This document shows, in pieces, positions 1 to 46,276 of a DNA stretch of 64,000 nt. The position numbers and the translations under genes are program-made. Positions within the stretch are counted from its first letter, which is position 1. Each line of letters begins with the position of its first letter. The DNA is from Antedon mediterranea (taxonomy: Eukaryota > Animalia > Echinodermata): contig NC_092680.1 of assembly GCF_964355755.1 (NCBI RefSeq), positions 20,221,045 to 20,285,044 on the forward strand. The letters are read 5' to 3'. The notes beneath the pieces are model-generated. The model was not told the DNA's origin and searched no databases. It saw nothing but the letters and a program-made list of their open reading frames with translations.

Positions 1-20
1 CTCCTATTCCATATTATCCG

Positions 21-1132
21 GTGCCTCCACCTCAGACGCCACTGCCGTATTCTGAGGGACCCTCAATGGAGGAGGGATACTCGAGCGACCGTACTATGCT
101 CACGATCTCCGATGAGGAGAGAGCCACGCAGTTGCGGAGGCCCGGCGAGGAGGGGCTACAGGCGCTGGTTAATAAGATTCTTCCGGCGGTATTGGAATAT
201 CTAGGCATCGAATACGCTTTTCGCGAACCGAAGCCAACTCCATCTACAAAACGTTTCTCGACGTTTGGGGTACGTACGCCTCTCTGTAAGGTTACAACGT
301 GCCCAGTCGTTCCTCTCGACCCGGAGCTGGTCGATCGCGTGGACGCTATCGCGCGCGAGGCCAGTACGCGTAGACCGGCGCCGAACATTCTTTCATGCGC
401 TTTTCCGGTACCTAGAGCTCAATTCGATAGGTACATTGTTGCGCCAGGCGTGCCTGATGCCGCCAAGGACCGGGTTCGGGAGGACCAAGGATTAGAAGCG
501 GGAAAGACTACTTACCTTGCTCCGACGGCCGCGAAGACAGAAGATACGCTCCTCACGATCGATAGAGCGGCCCGCGAGACACTTCGAGTAACATCCGTCT
601 CCGGCTACTTGCTGTCGTTTTTGGCCGATCCGGACCACCCGCAGGAGTTCGATACAGAGGTCATTGCGCTGCTGCAACAGATCACGGGGCTAATTGCCGA
701 CCAGCAGGCGTTTGTATCTTTAACTTCTGCCGCCGCGCGTCGTATCAACGTACTGCAAAGTACTGATATCGCGCCAGCGCATTATCGCAGGTTTACGGCT
801 TCTGAGTCCCTCGGGGCGAAGGACTTGTTTTTTGGTAGTTGCGCCCAAAAAGAGGACAAATGGGCACGCGAGAGGGAGGCCCGTCGGGAAACGCTAGCCG
901 CGGCCGCTCGGGTCCGTCCAGGCCACCGCCCCCTCTCCCAGCTCCGGTACCGCCGCAGCCGTCGAATGTCCCACCGGCGCGGCCTGATATGCAGGCTTTT
1001 ACATCTCGCGCGCGCACCCCATACGGCAACAACAACTACCGATATGGCCGGACTGCACGAGGCAGGACCGGACGGTCTGACCCTACCCAAAAGAGTGGTA
1101 GGCGTCCGGGTGCGTTCGCGCGCCGTCGGTGA
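21..1132 (+). pseudogene. DIRS gag-like ORF1, probably frameshifted near 920
   Basis: N-terminal part of the 811-aa ORF (up to ...DLFFGSCAQKEDKWARE...). A Pro/Arg-rich tail of gag character (PPPPLPAPVPPQ...GRRPGAFARRR*) lies in the alternative frame 839-1132. The call rests on position and composition only. Confidence 0.6.
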
Positions 1133-2456
1133 CGCGTTCGATGCGCCCGTCCCCCCGAGCGACGGGCAGGTGGGGGGTCGCCTAAGACGGTTCGCCCGAG
1201 TGTGGGAGACCCTGTCGGAGGACAGGTGGGTTCTCTCCACAATCAAAAACGGATATTCCATCGAATTCACGTGCCCCCAGGTGAGCGGGGGCGCTCGGTC
1301 GACGAGGATTCCTCCAGAGCCACACAGACGTGCGCTCCTGGACGGCCTCTCCACCCTGCTCCAAAAAGGAGCAGTGGAGGAAATCGACGCTCGATGTACT
1401 GTCTCAGGGCACGAGTCCACCGTCTTCTTAACAGAAAAAAAGACAGGCGACTGGCGACCCATCCTAAATTTAAGGAGTCTAAACAAGCGGTTCATTCATC
1501 TCCAGAGGTTTCGGATGGAGACAATCTCATCCATCCTACTGGGTTTAAAACATGGAGACTGGGCAGCCTCGATAGACCTGAAAGATGCTTACTTTCACGT
1601 TCCTATCGCAGAGGCAGATCAACGTTGGCTACGTTTCAGAATCCTCGACCATCTGTACCAATTCGTCGCCCTGCCGTTCGGCCTATCGACGGCACCGCGC
1701 GTGTTTACACGCATAGTCAGAACGCTGGCGTCGTTCTTCCACAAACATGGCATAAGAGTGTTCATGTACCTCGACGATTGGTTGGTCGTGGCCCAGTCCA
1801 AGGACAGACTGATGAGCAGTCTACAATATGTCCTTCTCGTAACGGAACAGGCAGGTTTCATTGTCAATCGGGAGAAGTCGTGCCTGGTGCCGACACAATC
1901 CCCGTTATACCTCGGAGCACTGTCCCGACAAACACTATGTCCTACGGAATGGCGCCTTCTACCCAGCATCGCCGCACTGATATTCGACCACTTCGGGCGG
2001 CCTCACATAGATCTGTTTGCGACGTCAGACAACACGCAGCTCCCGACCTTTTGCACACGGTTCCGGGATGCACGTGCGTGGGCGGTGGATGCCCTGTCCA
2101 TACATTGGGACGGACTATGGGCGTATGCATTCCCACCAATATCACTGATTCCAAATGTTCTGACGCGCATTCAGCGCCATCCTTGCCGGGTCCTTCTGAT
2201 CGCCCCGGGCTGGGCTCGACAGGCGTGGTATCCACTGCTTCTCGACCTGCTCTACGATCATCCCCTGCGTCTACCAGATCGCGTGGATCTGCTGACGCAG
2301 GGCCGAGCTCAGTTCCCACTGCAGAACTTACAATCCCTGCGCCTGACTGTATGGCCATTGTCAGGGATCAGCTCCGAGACTCAGGCATTCCAGATGGCCC
2401 TGCCGCGGCGAAATCTCGTCGGGAATCTACTCTTACCGTCTACAATAGCCGACTAA
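1130..2456 (+). CDS. DIRS pol region: reverse transcriptase plus DNA N6-adenine methyltransferase-like domain; RNase H missing
   Basis: RT motifs VGGRL, KKTGDWRPILNL, SIDLKDAYFHVPI, LPFGLSTAPRVFT and YLDDWL (1767-1784). These are followed directly by LSR..PTEWRL, IDLFAT (~2007-2024) and WAYAFPP (~2118-2138), the DIRS MT-domain motifs. Confidence 0.9.
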
Positions 2457-3367
2457 AACACTTCTTTACATGGTGCAGGCGTCAACAGGTAGAGCCGGGG
2501 TCGATCACCCTCAGACAAGTTTGCGCCTTCCTGCATTACCTATACGAGTCAGGTCTTCAGGTCCGCACCATTTCGGGCTATAGATCCGCCATTGGCGCGA
2601 ACACGCCAACACTTTAAGACGGTTCCTCTATGTCATCATCTCCCGTTATCACTCAACTGATACGGGGAATGTTCAGAGAACGACCTCCAGTCAAGGTCTT
2701 GATTCCTCGATGGGATGTTAACGTCGTCCTAGCCGCACTTACACGCCCGCCATTTGAGCCTATGAGTAAGGCTACTCTGTATAATGTCTCGCTGAAAACG
2801 GCGTTCTTGCTCGCTTTAGCATCATGCAAACGCCGAGGCCAGTTGCACGCTCTCTCCTTGGAACCAGGTCATGTTAGGTTTGAGCGGGGCGGCGTGAGGC
2901 TAGTGTTTAGGAAAGATTTCCTTGCCAAGACACAGACGTTACAATTTTCGCCGCCTGCTGTGTTCGTTCCCACCATCACATCTTTTTCAGCGGCAGACGG
3001 AGATAAACTTTGGTGCCCAGTCAGGGCTCTTAAGTGGTATATCCACCACACTAAGACGATTAGAGACGGAGTGTCTCACCTCTTTGTCACCTCTGTTCCT
3101 CCATACCGCGCGGCCGCTAAGGCAACAATAGCGAGATGGGTCGTTGCAACTATTCAAGACGCGTACACTTCTTCAGACACACCGGCACATATGCACCAAG
3201 TGCGCGCGGTTTCCACTTCGTGGGCGTTGTTCTCGGGCGTCCCTGTAGCTGACATCATGGAAGCGGCGTGGTGGCGAACACAGTCGACATTCACCTCACA
3301 CTACCTGTCGGACATCTCCGCTAACGTGGCACCAGTGGCAACGGCGATACTAAAGCCTCGACTATAG
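2360..3367 (+). pseudogene. DIRS tyrosine recombinase interrupted by an in-frame TAA at 2615-2617
   Basis: ORFs 1202-2617 and 2630-3367 are in the same frame. The N-terminal part has SRRESTLTVY...FLHYLY..GL..TISGYRSAI. The catalytic part has LKTAFLLALASCKR, CPVRAL, HQVR and W..STFTSHY (the R, HxxR, W and Y residues). Confidence 0.9.
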
Positions 3368-3434
3368 GTATGTATAAGTCAATTTCTTAACTTGTCACCC
3401 GCCGCCGACTAGATTCCTAGTCCGGTGCTACACT

Positions 3435-3760
3435 GGCTATTGTTGGGTTTATCCAGGTAAGCAGGCACGTAATAGACTACACAAACCAGAAATGGTGTTG
3501 GTAGTCTATAAGTGCTGCTTACCTGGATAAACACCCGCCCGCCGTCCCCTCAGACAAGAGGTCTTGAGAAATGATGACGGTAACACGTGGGAGTGGTCCC
3601 ACGAGAGGGCGCTAGAGCGGAATGTACCATTCTTTATGAGGTGAATTCGGGTAGAATTCTTCTTTTCGTATTATTTTCGCACTTCGTGGAAAAGGGCTAT
3701 TGTCGGGTTTATCCAGGTAAGCAGCACTTATAGACTACCAACACCATTTCTGGTTTGTGT
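3435..3760. repeat. DIRS internal complementary region (3435-3532) and right inverted terminal repeat (~3565-3760)
   Basis: 3479-3532 is the exact reverse complement of 3707-3760 (54 bp). 3435-3463 is a near-direct repeat of 3695-3723. Confidence 0.9.
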
Positions 3761-3848
3761 AAATATAGTAGTGATAAGACATCATCATGTCCATTTTTGG
3801 GCACATCACATTTTTTGCGACATCAAGTTTGATAGTGTAGACAGAGCA
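3761..3848. mobile_element. Right half of a Harbinger/Tourist-like MITE (family A), interrupted by the DIRS element
   Basis: aaatatagtagtgata...gggcacatcaca...aagtttgatagtgtagacagagca followed by TAA matches the right half of the full copies elsewhere in the window. Confidence 0.85.
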
Positions 3849-6800
3849 TAATAAAGAAGAACAAATATAATAAATATATTTTCAATGAAATAAGCGTTTA
3901 CATTCTGAAAAAAATACTTCTTCTTGATATGTGATCAAGAATCCAATTAGTTACTTGATTAAATGTCTTGAGTGGTCTTTTACCATCGATATTTGGACAC
4001 GTAAAGTTGAAGTCACAAAATGAATGTCACTGCAGTATCCTCATAGTGATGTATTACAAAATCTAAAATTCCAGGGATGTCCCCGGTTTTACCTACAGTG
4101 TACCTATCAAGCCACGCCTAATTTTTTCAACCATACCCCAAGTCAAAAACAGTAGTGATTGTAAATTATCAAACCATTGGATGTGACATGATTGGAAGAA
4201 TATACCAACGTCATCAATGTATTGAGGTAACTTTTTTTTTGGTTATCACATAATTAAAGTAAGCTCTGGTCATATATAAATAAAGATACCAGAATGCATT
4301 GATATGATCTGAAGGGAAGGTAAAAAAAGGTTACTTCGATGCAACATTTTTTTTTCTGCTGATTTGTCAATACCACGTCCAATTTCCTGGTAAGAACACT
4401 TTATATATTCACAGATAACATTTTTATTTTTAAGAATATCAATTTGTGTACATATTATATTTCAACAATTATTTCAAATTATATAACACCTAAATAGATT
4501 CCTGTCAATTATGGGTCACATGATATTAAATTAATTGTACTATTCCACTCGTAAACATTCATCATTTGTACAGTATACTATTTGAAGTAATTTCTCAACA
4601 AATAAAATAATTTAAATATGTTATGTCTTTAGGCACATGTGGCCAAGGATTACGGTTCCAGGACGATTCGGCCCACTTTTGCGCCGAAACATCCCACTTT
4701 GTAGGCCGAAACGTCTCACTTTAGACCAAATTTATATTAATTTTTTTTGGTATTTATCAAATTTTAACAATCCGTATTTTATTGATATTGACAAAGTTTA
4801 TATAATTAATATATATAATAAATAACCTAAAGAAACGTAATTTTATATTCAATGTATTACTTCGAAAACCTTGTTTATTTTGTGCATTCGTTAAGCGGCC
4901 AACAGAGGGCGTAACTTGTTTACATCGATCGCGTGACTAAAAAATGATCATTTTCGACAATGTTTTTAAAATGTTTCCTTTATTGCATCTTTATTCCTAG
5001 TAGTACTACCCTATCGTCTCTCTGAAAATAAAATTTGGGGAAAAAAGCTTATTTTATGCTTACATGGTACAAGTGAATATGAATATTGATTTGTTAGTAC
5101 GCTACATATATCTTAAGCCTCTATGAATTGTAAAACATTTAAGATTAATCGAGTAAATGGACTTGTATATTTGAGGTTATACATTCGCAAAAGCAAACTC
5201 CATCAAAGTCTGTCCTTCTTGGAATACATTTACCAGGTAATTTCTACTAATTGTTGTAAATCGGCCTTGAAGTCTTTCTATTTTAATCAGTTTTACTTTA
5301 TGCAGAGCAGGATAGATGTGGAAATAGGTGGAGTTGGATAATAATGTCTGTATTCACAATTCTTTTTATTGTCAAAGTGATTTGCATGATAATGCAATTA
5401 TTCAGACAATGGTAGAAATTATACTCATCACAAACAATTATACCTTTGTACTGTGTACATTTAATTATGCTTAAATTGGTTTTCATTGGAAAAATTATAA
5501 TATTTATTAATCAAAAAAGTTTTTCAATATTCACTTTTTATTGATAGTATAGTTATAATAAGGTGAAATGAAAGGAAATATTATATGAAATTAAACATTT
5601 AAATTAATATTATTTCATGTCATTATCAAATAATATTTATTGTTGAAAAATGGGATTTTATTTAGAAATTAAGTATTTTTTACAAATAAATATATTTTTA
5701 ACACATAATAAGACTATATACAATCAAAGTTAATAAAATAATATAATATTTGATATGAAATATGATATCGCAATGTAAAAATTAGGTATGGAGAAAAAGT
5801 TATGTATTTTATATATATACTGGTCCATATATAGTTAAAGTTTTAGATAATTCTGTCTATAGAATGTCTTTCATATTTTATGTTTTTAAAATTAGAAGTT
5901 TATTTTAGATTAAACATGACTGGCATTTGTCATACATATTGCTGGTATCTTTTAATATTATATATATGTTTGTTTTATTTTTGTAAAAAAAAAGTTTGAT
6001 AAATCAATTCAATTCACTTTTTACCAAATTTTTATACATGTTATTAGCATAACATCTGATTTTTATGTTAATACCACATTTTCAGTAGCCTTAAAGTAAG
6101 TTTCTAAAAGTATAAAGTTACCACCCCTCTACCAAAAATGGAATCAACTACACTTAGTTATTACTAAGTTATTATGTCCATAATTCTTTCTGTGCTGTAG
6201 GGGTTTTATACAGCAGATGGATCATACTATTAATGTTTGTTCTTTGTTGAGAGGGAGTAACAATATTAAAACAAGTGGAAGTTGAATATTAAGCCTTTCA
6301 ACAGGATAATAAAGGGCTGTCAGAGACATTAGGAGATTAGATAATTTATTAGTTTGATAGCAGTGGAGTAGTTGACTCTACAAAGATTTTGAATCGACGA
6401 GGTGAGTAGAAACAGTTTGATTCTGGTATTGATTGTCAGTGGATTGATTAAACTTTGCAATTACTATGCAAAGTAGGTGTGTTGACTATGCAGTACGTAA
6501 TACCAAAGTACCTGCACTATTCCATCACCAGTTTGTTGTTTTTGCTTGTTACTGAATTAGAAAGTTCTAAATTGTAGGCAATTTATCTTGGTGAAAGGTT
6601 TTCTGACAAACTTGAATTCAACAAAGTAGTATAATAATTGTAAGTTGTGAATATTAATAATGGATTGTTTAGCAGGTGGTTTATGGGCTGAATACAGTAG
6701 CTAAGGAAGTTGGTTAGTCAAGGTTATAATTATATTCGGTGTTGGGATGTGAATTTTTAAACTTAAAGCATAAATATCGTGAATATTTTTTAGCCCAACA

Positions 6801-7502
6801 GTAAAAAATTGTGTTGGTTACATGGTTGAGTGATTAGCAATAATAGAGTAGAGTTTTTGCTTGATTAATTAAGCTGTGAAAATAAGCTGTGTCGAAGCGT
6901 ACACATGCACGCAAACACACTTACTCCTCCTTGTGAAAGTAAAGTTCACTAATTTTTCTCAATATGGCCGAAGAGTTAATAGCGGTGGAGCTGCATTAGT
7001 TAACGAAGGAGTACACGACGACATTCAGCAGTGTCTGTAACGTAAATACTAGTCATTATCATATTCAGTAGCAGCTAGCAATGTGATTGTGTTTGGCTCA
7101 CGATGTGTAGCTTCTTGCAGTGTCTAAACCTCCTGTAGAGTAGGGTACTTAAGTTAGTTGTGTTGTGTGCGAAATCTTTAGCCGTGGAAATTGAATTTTT
7201 AAAACTCATTAGCATATTAATTAGTAAACGCCTGGTTTGCGATTAATATCATCGAGATTGTATGTTTCGTCAATATTGGTCTGATACTGACACTTTATAG
7301 CTGTTTTATTTTCTAGTTCAACATTAACTAAGTAGTTTATTTTTGGCCATGGTATTACAGAAGTCAAAGAATTAGTTTCTTTCAATCGATCACCAATTTT
7401 TAATTTATATTTAATTTATTTTCTCTATAGGTTTTTGTTTTTTTATTTTATTTCTACCATAATTTTTTTTAAATTAAGTTTTGTAATGTAAATTATTTCG
7501 AC

Positions 7503-7627
7503 CAAAAAGTGTGATGTGCCCATATATGTTAGTGACATGCCCAAATATGGTAGTGATATGCCATCATCATGTCCATATATGGGCATCACATTTTCATCAC
7601 ATAAAGTTTTATAGTGTAGATAGAGCT
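7503..7627. mobile_element. MITE family A, one end truncated
   Basis: gtgtgatgtgcccatatatg...catcatcatgtccatatatggg...atagtgtagatagagct followed by TAA. Confidence 0.85.
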
Positions 7628-10600
7628 TAAAAGACAAAGATGCTTTACAGTGGGTGTAATACTTTGAATATTGGTTTAAAAAAATTATTTTAAGAATAAC
7701 TTGTTTTTTTCCAAGGTCAATACAATAACCATTAGTTTATACTGCAGCTGAAGTTGGCAATTCAACAACTGGTTTTGGCAAAAAAACTATTATTTTATAA
7801 ATTCCATAATATGACTATTTAAATTAGCAGTTTTCTCTATTTGATTAATAATACAATACCAACTTTCTTTTTTAGAAAACATTGTTTGATTAAAAGTGGC
7901 TCATAAATTATAAAATATTCACTTTATACTTATTATAATAAAAACAGCTGGTTTGACTTGGTATTTTCAGTTCTTTTGGTAATAAAAATATATAATAATT
8001 ATGCAGAAATAGTGAATATAACTGCATGACATTTAATATAAGAAATTTCATATTGATAGATACTAACAAATTATGTATTATTTTAATGCTATATATAATA
8101 GCCACCACCAAATGCAGAGAAATAGTTGTATTATAATTTTTATTTAACAGAATATATTTATGTAGGTGTGGTATGTGGCGTATGAATTACGTTTTATTTG
8201 TTTATAATTGTTTTGTGAGTTGTATACTGGGGCCTTAACTTTTAACTCAGGGTATCACCCAAAATATAGAAAAAATAAAAAAATAACATTTATTACAAAA
8301 TTGCAATATTATCAGTAGTTATATTGTATTAATTTGATTTTTTTAAATACTCATTCAACTTTTTTTACTATTATATGTTACTTTTTTTTAAACAATTTAT
8401 TTGCTTCATATAATTTAAATTTCAACATAATTAATTTTTCCATATATGGATAACTTCCATTTTAGCTGGATGTTTTAAAACTCTATTGGTAATCATGGTA
8501 ACGTGCTTACCAAAGCGTATTTATTCTAATGACTCATTAGTTTTAAGTAGATGCGAGAAAGATGTACAAAGTATTACATCGTCTCCCTTGATATTCAAAA
8601 CTTAATTAACGAATTGAAATAAAGTCTTGTTAGAGTAGTTTGGTAAATAGCATTACAACAATCAACTCTTGTGGGCGTTGCCAAGTTTAATATTTCACAA
8701 TTTTGATTCTTGACTGCTTGGAAGATGGTTTTGAGTATATGAGAAAGTGGATTAAATTAAATTTACAGTACTTTTATAACGATAATAGATTTTTTAGATA
8801 AATAAATCTAAAAATATGTTTTTCAAATTGTTTATTATTGTGCCTTCTTTTGACTTTACTTTCTGAGATGGCCGTGTTGTAATCCTAAGCTGTTTTACTG
8901 GGCAAACGGGACGGTTAAATACCGTGCTACGCGGTAAGTCTTCCAGCTTCTAGTTTGGAAAAATCATTTGAAGATTTGTACTCAAGTTTATATGATAAAA
9001 ATTACTCATTAAATGTATTATTATTCTTAAAAAAAAGTTCAGAGCGATTACAGCTTCTCTTTGCTGTTTTACCATTGAAAAATCAGTAAAGTTTTTCCTC
9101 GTCAAATATTTAAAATTAATTGAAAAGAGAATTATTCTAAAAAACATTATATTTGAAAACATAATTTATTGGAACAGAACACCAAACAATTTACAAAATA
9201 AGTTTAGAAAGATGTTTCACATTAGTTGCTTCACTTGCTTTGTCATATTAAAGCAAATACAAAAATATTGATTAATCATAGTGTAAATGGCAACAAGGTA
9301 AATATGGTTTCCAATAATGCTGGGCCTATAGTTAATCTGTATAGTTGTAAATACTACCTCTTTGTTTGTAGAGTTTAATAATAGAACTGTACAATATTCA
9401 TCTTTTCCAAACCTGATGGTATACTTTATTTCAATAATAGAATATATTTTATATTCATAATTAATTTTCATAAAAAAATATCTATTTTACTTCTTGATTG
9501 CCCCACCTAGTGTATTATTAAGTATAATATGATTTGTGTATAGTAAATTTTCTACTAAACTATTACCACGATTAAAACTTCTTTCTTAAGTTTGAAATAA
9601 TTGCAGAATTTACTTTTAATATTCTATATTCTGAAAACCAGACATCTGTTTTGGTGAAATTGAATTCAGTGGTTATATTGTGTATAAGTTAATGGTTTAT
9701 TCTGTTTTGAGTACATTTTCTTTGAAGAATGCAAATTTCAAACCCACAGTCTATATAATATCCCTGGCAGGTGTTTATATACTTTTATGCATTTGATATT
9801 CATAGACAAATATTGATTGGTTTATAGAAAATAAATTGCAACGCACGCACCATTTTTGTCATGTCAGAAGTTAAGTAATTCAATAATTAAAAATTAAATT
9901 GTTGCAGTAATGTTAACTTTTATATATTATATTTATTACATGTTAATTTAATAAGCTATAGAAAAGCTAATCCACATGAATACAATTCTATTCTGTATGA
10001 AGCATAGAGAAGATGTGTATGCAAGACTGTAAAAAAAAACCGATGGATACTGTAGAAAAGAAAAAAACATATATTTTTGGAATGATTGCAAGAATTAAGA
10101 ATGATCAGAGAAAATGAATATATTGGAAGATAACAAGAGATGATAGTGTACTAACCCTATTTTATTTAGTCTGTATATTTATACATATGAGAATACATGT
10201 GGAACATCCCCACCACCAAAGAGAAGAAAAAAAAACTTTGTTCCTTTTTGTAGTTGTTTTTCTCCTTCTGTTTATTAAATTTTTTAAAATTTGTTGTGAT
10301 TCTATAAATATAAAAATAATGGTATATTTAACTTAATAACTCAAAGTGTTTGAATCAATGTAAAAAGAAACTTTTAAAAGTATTATCCTAATATCTACTT
10401 ATTTTTAATCATTTAAAGTAATTTCTTATTGACCAAAATTGCATCCTCCTCTCAATTTTGTAATAAATTACTTGCAGTGTACGTGGTAGTAAGAATACGT
10501 TGTATACAATAATTTAATCAATAATTTTAATAATTATATACTGTAGTAGATGATTATTAATATATAGAATGATGACGCATAGTCTCAGTTAGTTTCTTCA

Positions 10601-11084
10601 AAAACTCTTAATTCTTATCGTGCAATACTTATTCATCGATTCTCGATCTTTTCCTAAATTCTACTACAACAAGCGCTATAAATCACTGGAGCGTAACATG
10701 ACTCTAGGTTGCCTAGGAAACCTACTTTAATTAGATGAAGTTTGCAGAGGAATAGTAATTGAATGACTGCTTCAGAGATGTTTTGTCTTGTTTCGTCCGC
10801 CAAGTATTGACTTCGACTTTATTGGTAGCCATTTTTAGTAGCGCATAAATAGTGTTCATAGTCTATGCTATCAATATTCCCCATTTTCTATGTTCTTTCT
10901 TAGAATAGCTGTTATTTAGTAACTGACTTATTTTGGATTGGTTGTAAAGTTCCATCGAGATTATTATAATATTGTTAAATAATATTTTTTTACATAATAC
11001 AACGATACACCAACCTTGTGATCATACTGTATATTACTGGATAGGGGTCTAAAGATATATTGGATGTGAAAAATATAGGATGAA

Positions 11085-11355
11085 GTTTTATATAAACAAG
11101 TTTTATATAAAGTTTCCTGTAAAAATGGATACATTATTTGGAAAAAAAATGTATTGTAAACAAACATATTTGTTTAAAAATATTATTTAAAATGTGAAAT
11201 AAAAAAAAGTCTTTATTGTTGTGTTATATAAACAAGTTTTATATAAAGTTTCCTGTAAAAATGGATACATTATTTGTGAAATAGATGTATTGTACACAGA
11301 CATATTTGTTTAATAATTATTTAAAATGTGAAATAAAAAAATGTCTTTATTGTTT
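11085..11355. repeat. Local tandem duplication of ~139 bp
   Basis: ttatataaacaagttttatataaagtttcctgtaaaaatggatacattatttg...aaatgtgaaataaaaaaa..gtctttattgtt occurs twice, immediately upstream of the 11367 acceptor. Confidence 0.85.
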
Positions 11356-11401
11356 TGTATTTTCAGAAGACTTTGGCAGATCGACGGAATCTCCCGGCCG
11401 T

Positions 11402-46276
<34,875 letters not shown>

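Larger units (their letters stand above)
1..3760 (+). mobile_element. DIRS1-type tyrosine-recombinase retrotransposon, defective, 5' end outside the window
   Basis: GC-rich island with gag-like, RT (YLDD), Dam-like MTase and YR coding regions in the overlapping-frame layout typical of DIRS1. It ends in an ICR plus ITR structure, with an abrupt switch to AT-rich DNA at ~3761. Confidence 0.95.

Noticed and set aside
782-2358. Long antisense ORFs within the DIRS element
   Set aside because: Expected in GC-rich, doubly coded sequence; no recognisable motifs.
21-2456. 811-aa ORF as a novel natural gag-RT-MTase polyprotein
   Set aside because: The middle section (GHRPLSQLRYRRSRR...) looks out of frame while the alternative frame 839-1132 carries a gag-like tail. 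A frameshift in a decayed copy is more parsimonious, and the YR also has a stop.
4654-4725. Short GC patch with repeated GCCGAAAC
   Set aside because: Probably a fragment of a small DNA element; too short to define ends.
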